A DNA stretch of 63,605 nt, counting the filler, from Choristocarpus tenellus KU-1152 (lineage: Eukaryota; Protista; Phaeophyceae), in assembly GCA_964200185.2 (NCBI GenBank). It is 9 parts of 9 records of this genome, joined end to end, with 100 filler letters (N's around TTAATTAATTAA, not from the genome) between each part and the next. Parts side by side here need not be neighbours in the genome. Positions count along the whole stretch, not along the records: positions 23,417 to 27,212 come from CAXNAD020017875.1; positions 27,313 to 38,732 come from CAXNAD020002330.1; positions 38,833 to 45,055 come from CAXNAD020008644.1; 6 more parts are not named here. One strand, written 5' to 3'. Of this stretch, positions 26,333-38,954 are shown one piece after another (within the stretch, counting starts at the first letter, position 1; the number at the start of each line of letters is the position of its first letter). A program made the translations under genes and the position numbers. The notes beneath the pieces were generated by a model. That model was not told the origin of the DNA. It worked only from the letters and a program-made list of their open reading frames with translations, and made no database searches.

Positions 26333-26653
26333 ATGACGACTCTAGCACACTCCATTGATAGAGGCATTCTTGTCGTCTTCCTTGCTGTGAATCTGGTAGT
26401 ACGGCTAAGGCATAGCCGTCGAGTAAAGGCGATCCAAGACTATGCCTTGGGTGGGAAGAATTTCTCTACGGCAACCCTGACAGCTACCATGGTTGCCACA
26501 TGGTCGTCAGGAAGCAGTTTATTCGTAAATGTACAGAACACCTACGCTCAGGGCTTGTACTATTTCCTGGCAGTTGTAGGGCTACCTCTTGATTTATTTC
26601 TGAGTGCCCAGCTTACTATTCGCATGCGCGAATTTTTGAACAATGTTTCTGTA
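26333..26653 (+). pseudogene. Sodium:solute symporter (SSS, PutP/PanF-like) N-terminal fragment of bacterial endosymbiont type
   Basis: Intronless. SID..I..VFLAVNLVV.L...RRVK.IQDYALGGKNFSTATLTATMVATWSSG...QNTY..GL...LTIRMREFLNNVSV. The DYA(L/V)G..NFSTATL..T.VATW and RM.EFL..(L/V)SV motifs are, from my recall, characteristic of Amoebophilus/Cardinium/Rickettsiales SSS proteins. Truncated by a repeat. Confidence 0.85.
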
Positions 26654-26655
26654 AG

Positions 26656-27212
26656 GTGGTACCAGTAGTAGCTTTGCCCTCTGCGACAATCTTGAATTTG
26701 TTCACGGGAACATCACAACAGATCTACAACAGTATATATATATATATATCAGATGAAAGGGTATGACAAGAGCTTTTGAAGGGTTGTACTGGATTTTGTT
26801 GAAACTTCGGGGAACGGGAGCTATATCCGATCAAATAATGGAAAAAAAGCACGGGGGAATATCTCCGCCGCAATTCTGAAGGTCACGACTTCGAAATCAA
26901 CAAAAATGAAGTAGTTGGCTGAACTCGTTGCAGAAATCTGGTCCAGGGTAGGTCCCTGTCCAAGTTTGGCTGCTGTGGATGTTCCTGAAAAAAATTGCAA
27001 GATTTCCGGACATCTTTTTAACGCCTTTTGCAGACTTTCTGTGAGCATACACACACGTGACTTACACAATAACATGAACCACGATGGTGAGGAAAGGAGA
27101 GCCGCCGAGGCCACTCTGCCGTCTGGATCCACCCTTGGCGCGATGGCAGCAGGATAGGCGATGGTCAGGTCGGAAACTGTGAGTAAATGGGAGAGAGACT
27201 TCCTAACTAAGG
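26656..27212. mobile_element. Left part of putative TIR element family D
   Basis: Starts GTGGTACCAGTAG..CTTTGCCCTCTG; 27140-27212 matches 29670-29745. Confidence 0.5.
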
Positions 27213-27569
27213 NNNNNNNNNNNNNNNNNNNNNNNNNNNNNNNNNNNNNNNNNNNNTTAATTAATTAANNNNNNNNNNNNNNNNNNNNNNNNNNNNNNNN
27301 NNNNNNNNNNNNCGGACGCCGACACCCCCCCCCCCAAGATACTTTGACCCTCCATCCTCAATTTTTGAAATCCCCTGTTTAAGATACTTTCTCTGACGGT
27401 CACAAAGAGAGACGTTCTGTTTCGCCAAGATGAGAGCCAATGAATCCTTCTAACCTTTCCAACCTTTCACTAATGTCTTCTTGGTTTGAGGAAGGAGGAG
27501 TCGCTGCCGATACCATATGCGCTCCGTTGTTGTCCCCCCTTCTGGAAGGTCTTCTTGTCCTCTCCCTGG

Positions 27570-28525
27570 TTCGAAGAGCAAGGGGATATTTATTAATTTC
27601 ATGACCTATCCCTGTTCATCTTGTGCATCTTTCTCCTTGGTTTTCGTTCTCTCCTAGACTTGTCGAAGCACTAGCGTGCCGAGTTCGGTCAAGGTCGGGG
27701 CAGTCATTTTCGTGTGGCCATCTTTGCCACACATGAAACAGACTAGGCGCTCTCCCTTCCGTGCCCCTTTCTGCCTGTGGTACCCTTTCCCGCTCTTGCA
27801 ACCAAAGCATGTCCACTTCCAGTGGACTTGGCCATGTTGATCTCTTGAAGGTCCTTGTATCTTGCAACAAACATATCTTCCACTTCCTTTACACTCTTGG
27901 TTTCCCCGAATCAACAAAGGTCTTGACCTGGGAGTAGTTCTTCCCGAGCTTGTTAAGAACTGTGGCTACCTTAGTTTCTTCGGCAGTAACTTCATCCATT
28001 GACTCCAGTCTGGTTGTTAACCTGGATAGTTCAGTCCTGGTGAAGGGTCCTTCCTGTCACCAATCGTAAGTCGATTCAGTTCCTGTCTTACACGTCTTGC
28101 CTCCTGACGGGTTTTTGAGCTTGAACGTCATCGAGTGCGCGCCACCCTGCACTTGGAGACCCAGGCGCGATAAAGATATGTAGAGCACGGTCTTGCGGCA
28201 TGATCAGCATGAGCTGCCACGCTTTCTTCGCCCGTGCAGTGGCCAATTGAAGGTCGTCATTGCTGGCCACAACAGGAGCAGGTGATGTTGAAGCTCTTGT
28301 CACATGGTCTCCCTCGTCACTCAGTGAACTCGATGGTTCGATGTCCACTGCCAAGATGGGCCCCCCACAGATGATGTCTGGGCCGGCCATGTAGAGCAGT
28401 TTCGCAGTCATGGATACCCAGCGTAGCCTGGGCCTCACCGCAAAAGAGTAGAAGTCTTCGCCCAACTTTTCAGTGAATGTTAGCGGCGTTGTGATTTTAG
28501 TGGTGGTGGTGGTGGTGGCAGACAT
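27570..28525 (-). mobile_element. Ty1/copia gag pseudogene with zinc knuckles
   Basis: KKAWQLML..RALHI..GSPSAGWRAL (copia gag-like); CFMCGKDGH knuckle plus degenerate ones; possible LTR at ~28604-28853 (TGTT..AACA). Confidence 0.7.
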
Positions 28526-28993
28526 CTCGTATACTATAATTGTTTACTTCTAGCCTCGTTGATCAGCACAACGTCCCAGGAACAATCGGTCCGCTATGTA
28601 GCATGTTGAAATATTCCACACTGGACCCGCGGCTTTGGTGCTTTGATGAAGGACAATTAACAACTTGATGTAGATATACAATGTTAATATCACAAGGGGC
28701 TTGTGGTCTCAATTCCGTTGACTCAATAGGTGGGGTGAGATAAGCCTAGACTATCATTACTATTCCTATAGTGCGGGGCTTGCAACTGTCCATGCTAATT
28801 TACTATGAATCACTAATTTACTTGCCTTAAGTATAGTAAGTGTATCTTGAACATGACACAAAAATCAATGGACACTAAGAGTGAGTACATATGATGTATA
28901 TGCCACTGGCTCTCCATCCTAATACCTAATCCACCGGTGGTGTCTATAGTGTATCAGCAGCACTACCTATGAACAGCTACAACATGTACTTCG

Positions 28994-29490
28994 GTGTTCA
29001 TGACTACAGTGGAGTCTGGGAAAGAAGAGAACGAGACCGAGGCGAAACCTTCTCACCTTTCTGTGGAAAGTGCGACCAGCTGTGACGACAACAAGCGGTA
29101 TGCACTACTGGCCGCCACTGAGGACTCTCCGAGCAACAATGCTCCAGGCAAGTGTGGGGTAAACAAATGTTTGGTATCAAGTGTTGGGGTTGGCCGCGAG
29201 AAAGAAGAGTGGATTTTCGACAGTGCGACTTCATGTCACATTACAAACATGATAACATACATGACAAACTACAAGCCTTGTCTTGGACATCGAAAGGTAG
29301 TCACTGCCAGTCAAAATTTCTTTCACATCGCTAGTCATGGTGATACAACAATCTTGTTTCCCTCATGTGACAACAAGGAGGTGGAGATATTCTTCCAAAA
29401 TGTCTCCCATGTCCCAGATCTTGGCTTCAATCTTTTTTCTTGCCAAGCAGCAGCTCAAATGGGTGCGACGATACAAAATCAACATATTTT
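28994..29490 (+). mobile_element. Ty1/copia protease-region fragment
   Basis: EWIFDSATSCHIT ... FQNVSHVPDLGFNLFS matches the copia W..DSGAS.HM ... V..VP.L..NLLS pattern. Confidence 0.85.
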
Positions 29491-29649
29491 TCGATCAACT
29501 CAAGTCTGTCGTCCTCCCTCGCCCTTGCTCTTTGACAAAATATCACCTGCCCAGGAAACACGGACGACGCCCATTTCCGGTGCTTAACGAGGAAATGTCA
29601 TAGTAAAGGCTCTAACACTGCGAATTCTGTACCTGTGTATGAACGACGG

Positions 29650-30123
29650 GAAAGACCGTCAAGCGGTGCTCGAGATGGCAGCAGGATATGCGATGGTCAG
29701 GTTGGAAACTGTGAGTAAACGAGAAAGAGACTTCCTAACTAAGGGCCACATCAGGGTGTCGGAGCAAGGGCGCTACGCGAGGCGTTTCGTTCTGCGCGTC
29801 GATGAGGACATCGTTGTTGATGTCAAAAAGAGTGGACACCCAAAGACACAGGAAGAAAGGGTGGGGAGAACTTTCCTCCCCCTAAACCCTATACTTTAAT
29901 CAAGTAATAGTGCATTTGTTGTCACTCTTGATCTACAATCCAGGGTTCGAACCCCAATATGAGCGCTCATTCTTAAAAAAAAAAGAATGGCGAAATAAAA
30001 ACAAGCCCGTACTCTGGAGGGCCTTGTGACGGGCTTCACGAAGTTGCTTTTATTTTTTTAATACGATGTCTACATCAACAGTAATGACGGCAGAACTCCA
30101 GAGGGCGAAGGTACTGGTACCAC
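29650..30123. mobile_element. Right part of putative TIR element family D
   Basis: Ends CAGAGGGCGAAGGTACTGGTACCAC, the inverted counterpart of the 26656 end. Confidence 0.5.
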
Positions 30124-31224
30124 TATATCCATTACAGGCGATATGTCGTGATCTAATCAGGCTAGATGCAAATTGAGTGGGGGATTGTATCCTGTGGCCT
30201 GGGGGACGGACACTTTCAAAGGGAACATGGATATAAATTAATCACATTTGTGATTAGGGAGATCGGAACTGGGGAACCATTCATTTTAGACCATGCCAAA
30301 GATATATGCTTTGTAATTTTGAGGAGTGTTTCAGAAGGAGCGCAAGTGTATACTCAGATTAAACCAGATGCAAACTGACTCTGATGGTATTCTGTGGCCC
30401 TTGGGAAAGACTTTCCCAAGTAAAACAAGGATATTTGTTGACCTATTTTGGGTCTAGTTGGAGTTATATATTTTGTAAAAGTATATACTCTGATTTGACC
30501 AGACATATATTGATCTTGACTGTGTCTTGCACGACCTTTGGGGATCCATTCTCAAAGGAAACGAGGAGATTTGTCGATCATTGTTGGAATCCACCGGTTA
30601 ATTTGGAATTAGAGTCTCTATGTTAGAAACAACTGGCAGAGTCGGAACTGAAGCCCCAATGTTACCAAATGGCAATTATGCATGCCGCCGCAGCATGATC
30701 GAAGGTGATGGATATTTATTATCCTGATCAATGATTATCGCCTGCGTTAAGCGTGAAACAGGTAATCCCTGCATGGAACGTAGGATACTAAAAGTTGGAA
30801 CCATGAAGTAACCAACATCAGAACAGACATTAACTTATATAGGATGCATTTTTTTGTTTATTTTCTGTAAACCAGGTACCCGATCTCCTTAATCCCTTAT
30901 TTTTCTCTTTCTTCAGTCCTCTCTTTTCTGTCCCTTGTCTTATTTTTTGTTTGTCGCTGATGTTGATGTTATTGCCTGTTTTATGCACTAGCAGCTGTCA
31001 GTATGCTTCGTCCTTGGGGGGCATGAGACAGGCAATAATCAGATGATACTTGGCATCTTAGGGAAGCTGTACTTTAGAAAGAGTAAACATATACTCAAAT
31101 TAGGCTAGATGCAGACAGATTTCTCCAAGTAGATAAGGTGTATGTTTTGGACCTAGTAAGAGTTACTTTTTTTCTTCTTTCTTTCTCCTTGCCACAGGAT
31201 GATCTGAAGTGATTGGTGATACCT

Positions 31225-31397
31225 AACCCAAAGTATCTGAGGGGGGGGGGGGGATTCTACACCAGAGTGTCCATTTGGACCACAACCAGGAAGAGTGCAT
31301 TATCCATCGGACATAAAAAACCAAACCTCCCAAAAATCGCGACATGAAAAATTTGCCCCAAATGGACAGCCTTCACCCCCGCCAGATACTTTGAGCC
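31225..31397 (+). mobile_element. MITE family B
   Basis: Family B TIRs; ACCT duplicated on both flanks. Confidence 0.9.
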
Positions 31398-32199
31398 ACC
31401 TATTGCCCTTCACAGGTGACAATCACCTGTGGTAAGCGTGAAACATGTATTGCTAGTTCACGCTGGGAGGCATGTTACAGGCGAATAGCGTGAACATTTC
31501 TTTCCGCCCGCAAACATGTGCGCACAGTATACATATGAAAGAATTCATATAGAGGCACGTTGAATTGATAAGAGATGCGGAATAAGATTTGAAATGCATA
31601 CATAGCCTCACAGAATAGACATTAATCTCTGGGAGTTGCAGAAAAGTTTGTAATTTGAGTACGTACACAACACCTTGCAGATGTCTTTTAGCTCACAGTC
31701 TGAAGAAGTCATGTGGATGATGATAATATATGAGAAGGGCTTTTGGAAGCACATCCATTACCCCTCCTTCAGTTCTTTGATATTGAGTGAAACATTAAGT
31801 CCAGCTTTAAGGTAAGCACTGATTGAAGCATCGAGAGAAGAACGTCTGACACCCAATAAACTGTTACCAAGGGCAACGCCCCCATAGTGTCGTTTTTAGG
31901 CTGTTGGATTTGAATTGTACATCCTGTGGAGGTGAGTTCTGGAGCGCGTTTTAACATATCTGTGTAATCTGGTGGCAACTCACCAGGCTGGCAACCCACT
32001 AGTATAAGAGGAATTCATCGCACTTTCTATTCCACAAGGAGGGTTATCACAAGTATCGGAGGAGGCTTTGTTGCTTGGAGGTGGACGTCTAGTTAACGGC
32101 AATTCAAGTTCTTGACTGTTTTAGTGGCAGGAGTCTTTCTTTTACGACAGGTCGCTTGGTCAGTGACTTTTCGTTAGGGAGATCCAACTTGATCTCTTC

Positions 32200-33800
32200 C
32201 CGATATATAGGCTGCGATCATCTTTGCACATTCAGGCATTTAATCAGATTTGCGCCATACATCACTGGATGGTAAATATCCTTGGAGGCGAAGCCGGTAC
32301 AAATAATTGCGATAGTCGTTCTTCTCACACGTTGCTTATGGTCAACAATGCCCTCTACACTGTAATACCCAATAGTTGGCTGTGTCTTTGACCATTGATC
32401 AAGATTTGATCCTTTGTAATACCCTGCCTAAAAAGAGTGAATTAAGGGCGTCTATGTCAGGTTCAGTGGCTGTTCCTTCCATAAAGGGTTTTATGTCTGG
32501 CCACATGAACTGTCACTTCACGTTGGTCTTCCAAGCGTTTGACGCGATGAACAACGGCTGTTAAACGTGCCTTCACTTCGCAAGGTCCTCCCCATGAGGA
32601 TAATAACTTGGGATTCGGTGCACCAGCTGAAGTGTGTGATTTATGAAGCCACAATTTTTCTCCGGACTTGTATAATGGGAGTTATGGTTCACATTCTCAG
32701 ATTAATTCTTCAGTACCATCTCACCAAGATTTCGCCGGGCAAGTTCGTAAGCTAGCTGTAGATTTTCCACTGTTCTCTTACTGTATTATTTTACGGTTGT
32801 GGGGGTGGCCTCAGGGATCCTCAAAATAAGATCAGTTGGTAAGATTGGGCGCCTTCCAAACATGAGAAAAAATAGAGTTTCCTGAACATTGGTATTATAG
32901 GCTGTATTATGTGCTAGTTGTACAAGGGCAATAATGAAGCCCAGTCAGATTGGTCCATACTCGAATACATGACCAGCATACCATGCATCGTGGAATGAAT
33001 TCGTTCACATATCCTATTGCCTTGGCGTCGATATGCTGTAGACTTGGTTTTATGATTCCCATATACTTTACGCAACTCAGCCAGAAGTTCATTACAAAAC
33101 TCTTTGCCTTGCCCAGAGTGGAGTGTTTCAGAATTACCAAAAATGGAAAATAGACGATCGACAAGAGCTCTATCCTATTTTTTTCTCTCCAGTTTGCAAT
33201 GCCAACCAAGATTGCGAATCTTGTAAGATGGTCTACGGCGGATAAGCCATATATTGCACCGTCTGAAGTGGTCTTGCATGTATCTAGGTCAATAGCAAGT
33301 CGTTGAAACGGACATGTAACAGGCGTATGTCCTCTATGTAGTGGAGTAGGAATATGAGTGATCTTTCGTCTTTGACATGACTGGCAAGTTTCACACCACT
33401 TCCTAACATCTTTATGTAAGGTCGGTCACTGAAATCTGTTTCTCGCGTGGTCAAACGTGCGCTTGAAAGCAAGATGGTCTGCAACTTTATGGTCATATAG
33501 GGCATTTAAATTAGACCCTGGACTTCTTTTGGGGCTACCAACTGAGATCACGAAATTCTCCATTTTTCCTAACATGACCAAGCTGGTAAGACCGGTAGAT
33601 TAAGAGTTTATTCTCTCTCTTGTGTAAAACAATATGACATGGTATGGGTCGTTTCCGTATTGGGTAATGTTGTACTACTAGGGCCTACCAGGTATTGAAA
33701 ATATGCTCCAAACTCATCATGTTGGATTTTGGGTAGAACTTCAGTATCAATCACTGGAAAAACATCGATGGAACTATCGAAGAGTTCAGAGTCATTTGCC
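32200..33800 (-). mobile_element. Ty3/gypsy (chromovirus-like) integrase and chromodomain pseudogene
   Basis: LSAVDHLTRFAIL, HSGQGKEFCN, TAYRRQGNRICERIH, PNPKLLSSWGGP; chromodomain-like YSVEGIVDH..YLYRLRLQGYLPSSDVW. Confidence 0.88.
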
Positions 33801-35399
33801 ACCTAGTCATTTCACCTAATCGATCCGCAGACAATTCACAGGCTGCATATACCTTACTTGCTTGAGAAGTTGCATTAGTGCTTTCTGCTTCCACATTCGA
33901 CATATATGTTCCACACGATATGTGTTGATGGCGGTTTCATAAACACCATTATGACCTTGAAGTCCTAGATTCGATATATTTGTACTTCTGGATTGTATTA
34001 TTATATTGTTATTATCATACCCCCACATGGTACATTGGTGTGATTTTTTTTATATGATGATATTTGTGAAACAGAGGTAAACAGACCAACAGGTTCTTCG
34101 TACTGAAGGGGAGCGGGAAGACCCATCAGAGGCAAGGAAATGGAGAGAGACAAGTCAAGAGGGAGAGCTTATCCCTCAGAACATCACTCAGGAAAAGAGT
34201 GAACAAGTGGTAAAGTAAGTGAATGAGGGGGGTTTCCCTCAAACCACCCGCTATTTACATCTAGCAGATGTTACCTTCAACATGCAAAAAAAAATGTCAT
34301 ATGAATATCAGATTCTTCAATATAGGTTACCTTCAAGGTATACCTTCTTTGGAAGACGACTCTCACATCATCAAACCAACGCAGGTGTCAATGGAAATGG
34401 AGGAAGTGTGTGTGCAGAAAAACTGACATGAGCATTGAAGGAAAAATAAAAGTCTCTCAACAAGGAAATCTGTCTTACAAGAAAGTTGTGTACACAAAAA
34501 TATCTGCATATTTCCAAAAATGCAGATCAAAAAAACATTTTTCGTGAGGCCTCACAACTTAGCACTTGTGACTAAGATTGATTTGGTGGCAACCAAATCA
34601 GTGCCACTTCACCTTGATCAGGGGTGAGAAAATAAAACATATCTGGGCACATGGAAAGATCACGATTTCAATGTATCAGATATATAACCATCTCTGGTCA
34701 AGTCTTCAACGTGAAGGGGGCATGGGTAAAGGACGAGCTAGTCTTAGCATGAAATTCTGCTAACTCCATCAAGGAGATACAGATGCAAAAACATGAACCA
34801 TTATCTCCAACGAGAGAAAAACATGGGAGACTCCCATAGGGAGCGCAGAAATGGTGATCAAATTACGCATGTTTAGCTGCAGCACCGAGCATTATATACG
34901 TGCGTATATAAAATCCAACAACATTTTACATGGATGTTCTAATCAATCCGAAATAAATAAAGTTGGAATAAGAAAGTCAATTTTAAACCGTGTAATAACA
35001 CTGGGATGGAGTTGACCATACACCATCAGTGAAATAACTGTTGAACAAAGCAGTTCTCCTCTAAAAAAAATATGATAAAATAAAATGAGTGTGCAAGATT
35101 CATTTGGAAAAATGACCTCGGCTCTTCTCTTGTTCATAGTACATGTAAAAGAAAAAAAGTAATCTTGACATGAGTTGATGTTGCCACAACAAACATCCAT
35201 GTAAAAAAAACATATATATATTGATAAATATATTGAACAACACAACCCAAATCATTGAACGAAACACAAAAAAAAAATCGCAACACCAGTATATTTATTA
35301 ATATATCACCTCCAGTATGAAGTTCAATCAAGTATGGAAACTTTTCATGGATCAGAGTTGGTAACAACCCAAGGTTTAGTGTTGGATTTGGGTTTATCC

Positions 35400-38300
35400 A
35401 GACAATGTTGGTGCCGATATGCAGAAATCACTTCTGCACATTGTGGCAAATCACGTGGACAATATAATACATCAGAAGTACGATCATAATCTGTAAGGCG
35501 CAATCTATATTCTATGTTCATAGGTGAACGAGGTTAACGGCCAAACTTGTGTCCCACAATGGTTTCAATAATGTTAGGATCAATGGATACTGGGGATTCT
35601 AAATCATGAAGATCTGGTAGGGGCAAAGTACGGGCAAGAAGAAATTAATTGGGCTCCATAAAATCACGTTCAGGTGGTTGCGTATTCGGAATGTAAGGTT
35701 TCAAGTGGACCAAGTGAACAGAAACATCTTTGATGTTACCTTGTTTGCGGATACAGTAGACTACAGGGGAAATCTTGGCAGTCACTGTGAAAGGTTCACG
35801 CCAGTGGTGAAACAATCTTGGGTTAGGTCCATCACGGTCAATATGTGGACGATGCACCAAAACTCGAGGTCCAACTTGAAACACGGGGAAAACAAGAGTT
35901 TCATTGCTAGTCATTCTTTCAGTGTTCTGTTCTCCCAGATTGGCGACGGGCTAATTCAAAAGTTAACTGTAAATTCTTAGCTGTTGGTTGAGTAAACTCT
36001 TGACTAGATTGGGGTACTGTTGACTTGGATGGGCCACACAATAAAAATAGCATCCACCAACAATGAATGAAAGTATCTCAGAGGGGTACGAGTATTTCCC
36101 TGTTTGTCCTTTTGGGACTCGGCTTCCCATGTTGTTATTTTTTATGACATTTTACGTACTCCAAAAAGTTTCGGAGTAGGTAAAATGTGTATGGTATAAA
36201 AATGTGTGTTGACATTTTAACAAACATGATATCCAAGATTACATCAAAATTGCAGCATTGGATTTTGCCCCCGAAATGGACGCGGCCCTACCCTCTAAGA
36301 TGCTTTGACTCAATGTTGGACGGCTTAAAATAAAAAATAAAAAAATTGTAATGTGGTGTTGTGCATCATATTTTGAACAAGTTGAAGGAATGAAACAAAA
36401 GTATTCCAGACGTTCTCTGTAATGTTACTCTACATGAATAACACCTGATACAGAGAGTAATTGACAAGCTTTAAAAAAAAGTTATCTTGTGATGGATTGG
36501 ATATGGTTCTAGGTTTATGGCACCTAACCATTATAATTCCAGAATAAGTATATTGTCAAGTTCTGAACTGAACTCAGAGTGAAGAATTTCAGGTGCACAT
36601 AATACTGAAAATATTATTTCAAACAAGTTTTGGCAATGGTCACTTCTTGCTTGTCTGGGGTGGAAATGAGAAAAAACAAAGCATGTCGATTGGCAGATAC
36701 CCATAAGTACATCTCAGCATCCCTGGAAAGTGGTCTTATGCTGCACAAAGGTGAGGGTAACCCATCCAAATAGATCGAGTTACGGGAATTGTCCTTGAGA
36801 CAAGGTAGGACGTCTGTGAGAATTTTTCATTGTTGGCACAATTGAGACACCTCCCTCATACCAATCTCTGATATCTTTCTGAAACATAGACCATCAGTAT
36901 CGGTAACATACCTTGTGCAGTTTGCGGGAAAAGACCTAAGTGACCTCCCAAAGCAGGTGGTGATCATGACAGGTATACAAGACCAGGGATTTGACGTTCT
37001 TTTGGAACCGCTCATTGACCACGAAAAGCACAGTGCTTTTGTAGATGTGGTCTGGGAAATATGATCAGCCAAGGAAGTTTCAGCATTAACAAAAAAAATA
37101 TTATACTCTCTATGAAACCTGTGGAGGTGAAAGTGATGAGTTGGTGGCCTCAAAATATGCCAAAATATAGGGAAAACTGATTCGTTTGTGCTGAACGAGT
37201 TTGGTCTAGTCCAAGTTGGAAAGATATTCACTTCACTACTGAAACGTTCACGGTCGCTCTGAATTACATCAAATTCATGAAGGCGATCTGGACATATTTC
37301 GTATGCTTGACATGGGGTTACAGTACTTGACAACAAATATTCAGGAATATTCCTGCAAATAAGAGCAAGTACTTTCGGCATACCATTGATCTCATTATCC
37401 AAGAGGCGAGAAAGGGCATCAGGTGTGTAACATTGTCTCTGCCTGGTTTGTGATGAACTGTAAAGTCGAAACATTGGAGAGCAAGAGCCCAACGCGTCAA
37501 CATATTATCTGTATCTTGTATGTAATAAAGATACCGAAGCGCCGCATGGTCAGTGAATAAATCAAAATGTCAACCCCAAAGATATGGACGGGAGTTGTTA
37601 ATAACATGGACTAATTAATACTATAAATCCTTTATACGTGGCCGAGTAATTTCGTTGTGTTTCGTAAATTTCTTCCTAAAATAGGCTACAATATGAAGTG
37701 AGTTGTCCGTCAGATCACCTGACCCTTTTTAAGCAAGAAAACCACCGCTGCCCAAGTTTGAAGCATCCACGCGTACCACAAAGATTTTGAAAAAATTAGG
37801 ATAGTGTAAGAGAGGAGCCGAGGTTAATGCCGTTTTAATTTTTGGAATTGCGGTATCGTGAACTGATGTTCATGCTTTTCCTAGTTCATCAGAAGGACGT
37901 GTTAAGAATTCTTACGTGTGAATTTTAGTAGGGGTTCTGTCAAAGTCTGTATAATGTGGGATGAGCTTTCAACAAAAATTGCACATACCAAGGATAGAAC
38001 GAATATCTTCGATTGTTCGAGGACTGGGTTGGTCAACAATAGTTTGAATTCGAGCCTTTCCAAGACGCACCCCTGCACTAGAAACAATAAGAACCTGGTA
38101 TTCAACTTCTGCTGGGCCAAACTTTAGTTTAGAAGGTTTTGAAGTAAGGCTGGCATTTCTAAGGACCATAAAAAGCTCTTCAAGCAAAGCTATATATATG
38201 ATGATCCCAAGTGGCGGAACAAAGAATGGGATCATCCAAGTAACAAAGTAGACCTGACCCCATCCTAAAATCAGATAGAAGCTCGAGCATGCGTTGAAAA

Positions 38301-38640
38301 ATAAAGGGGGCATTGCTCAGACCAAAAGGATGTCGTTTCCTTACAAATTGCCTTTATGGGTGACAAAAGCAGTCTTGTCAATGTCTGCTTCCACCACAGG
38401 AATTTGATGATACGCTGATTGAACATCCACAACAGAGAGAATTTTTGCTGCACCAATAGAGTCAAGATGTTCTTCAGCTAAGGACCAAGATCGTTTGATG
38501 AGGTATTTATTTATGGCCCTTCGATAATCAATGTAGAATCTTAGGGTCCCATCTGCTTGAGTAAAATAGTAAAATGGGGATAGAACGAGCTTCAATGTGT
38601 TCTTGATTTTGTAAATCTTCAATACATTTATCAAGAATCC
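35400..38640 (-). mobile_element. Ty3/gypsy pol pseudogene (RT-RNase H-integrase-chromodomain)
   Basis: LRFYIDYR, VDVQSAYHQIPV..DIDKTAFVT, FDLFTDHAALRYL, RWALALQCFDF, PNPRLFHHWREPF and IEYRLRL in gypsy order. Confidence 0.92.
36065..36311 (+). mobile_element. MITE family A inserted in gypsy integrase
   Basis: Family A TIRs; AAT on both flanks. Confidence 0.88.
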
Positions 38641-38873
38641 CTATAAGTTGTGTCTCATTGTATCTGGGGGGGGTGTCGGCGTCCGTTTTTCACCCTTTTT
38701 TCGATTTTCACTTTTTTGGTGTGATTTGGTCGNNNNNNNNNNNNNNNNNNNNNNNNNNNNNNNNNNNNNNNNNNNNTTAATTAATTAANNNNNNNNNNNN
38801 NNNNNNNNNNNNNNNNNNNNNNNNNNNNNNNNAAAGAAAGAAAACGAAAAGAGGAAAGAGAGAGGGGAGGAAG

Positions 38874-38879
<6 letters not shown>

Positions 38880-38951
<72 letters not shown>
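38880..38951. repeat. (GA)n microsatellite
   Basis: Directly visible. Confidence 0.95.
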
Positions 38952-38954
<3 letters not shown>

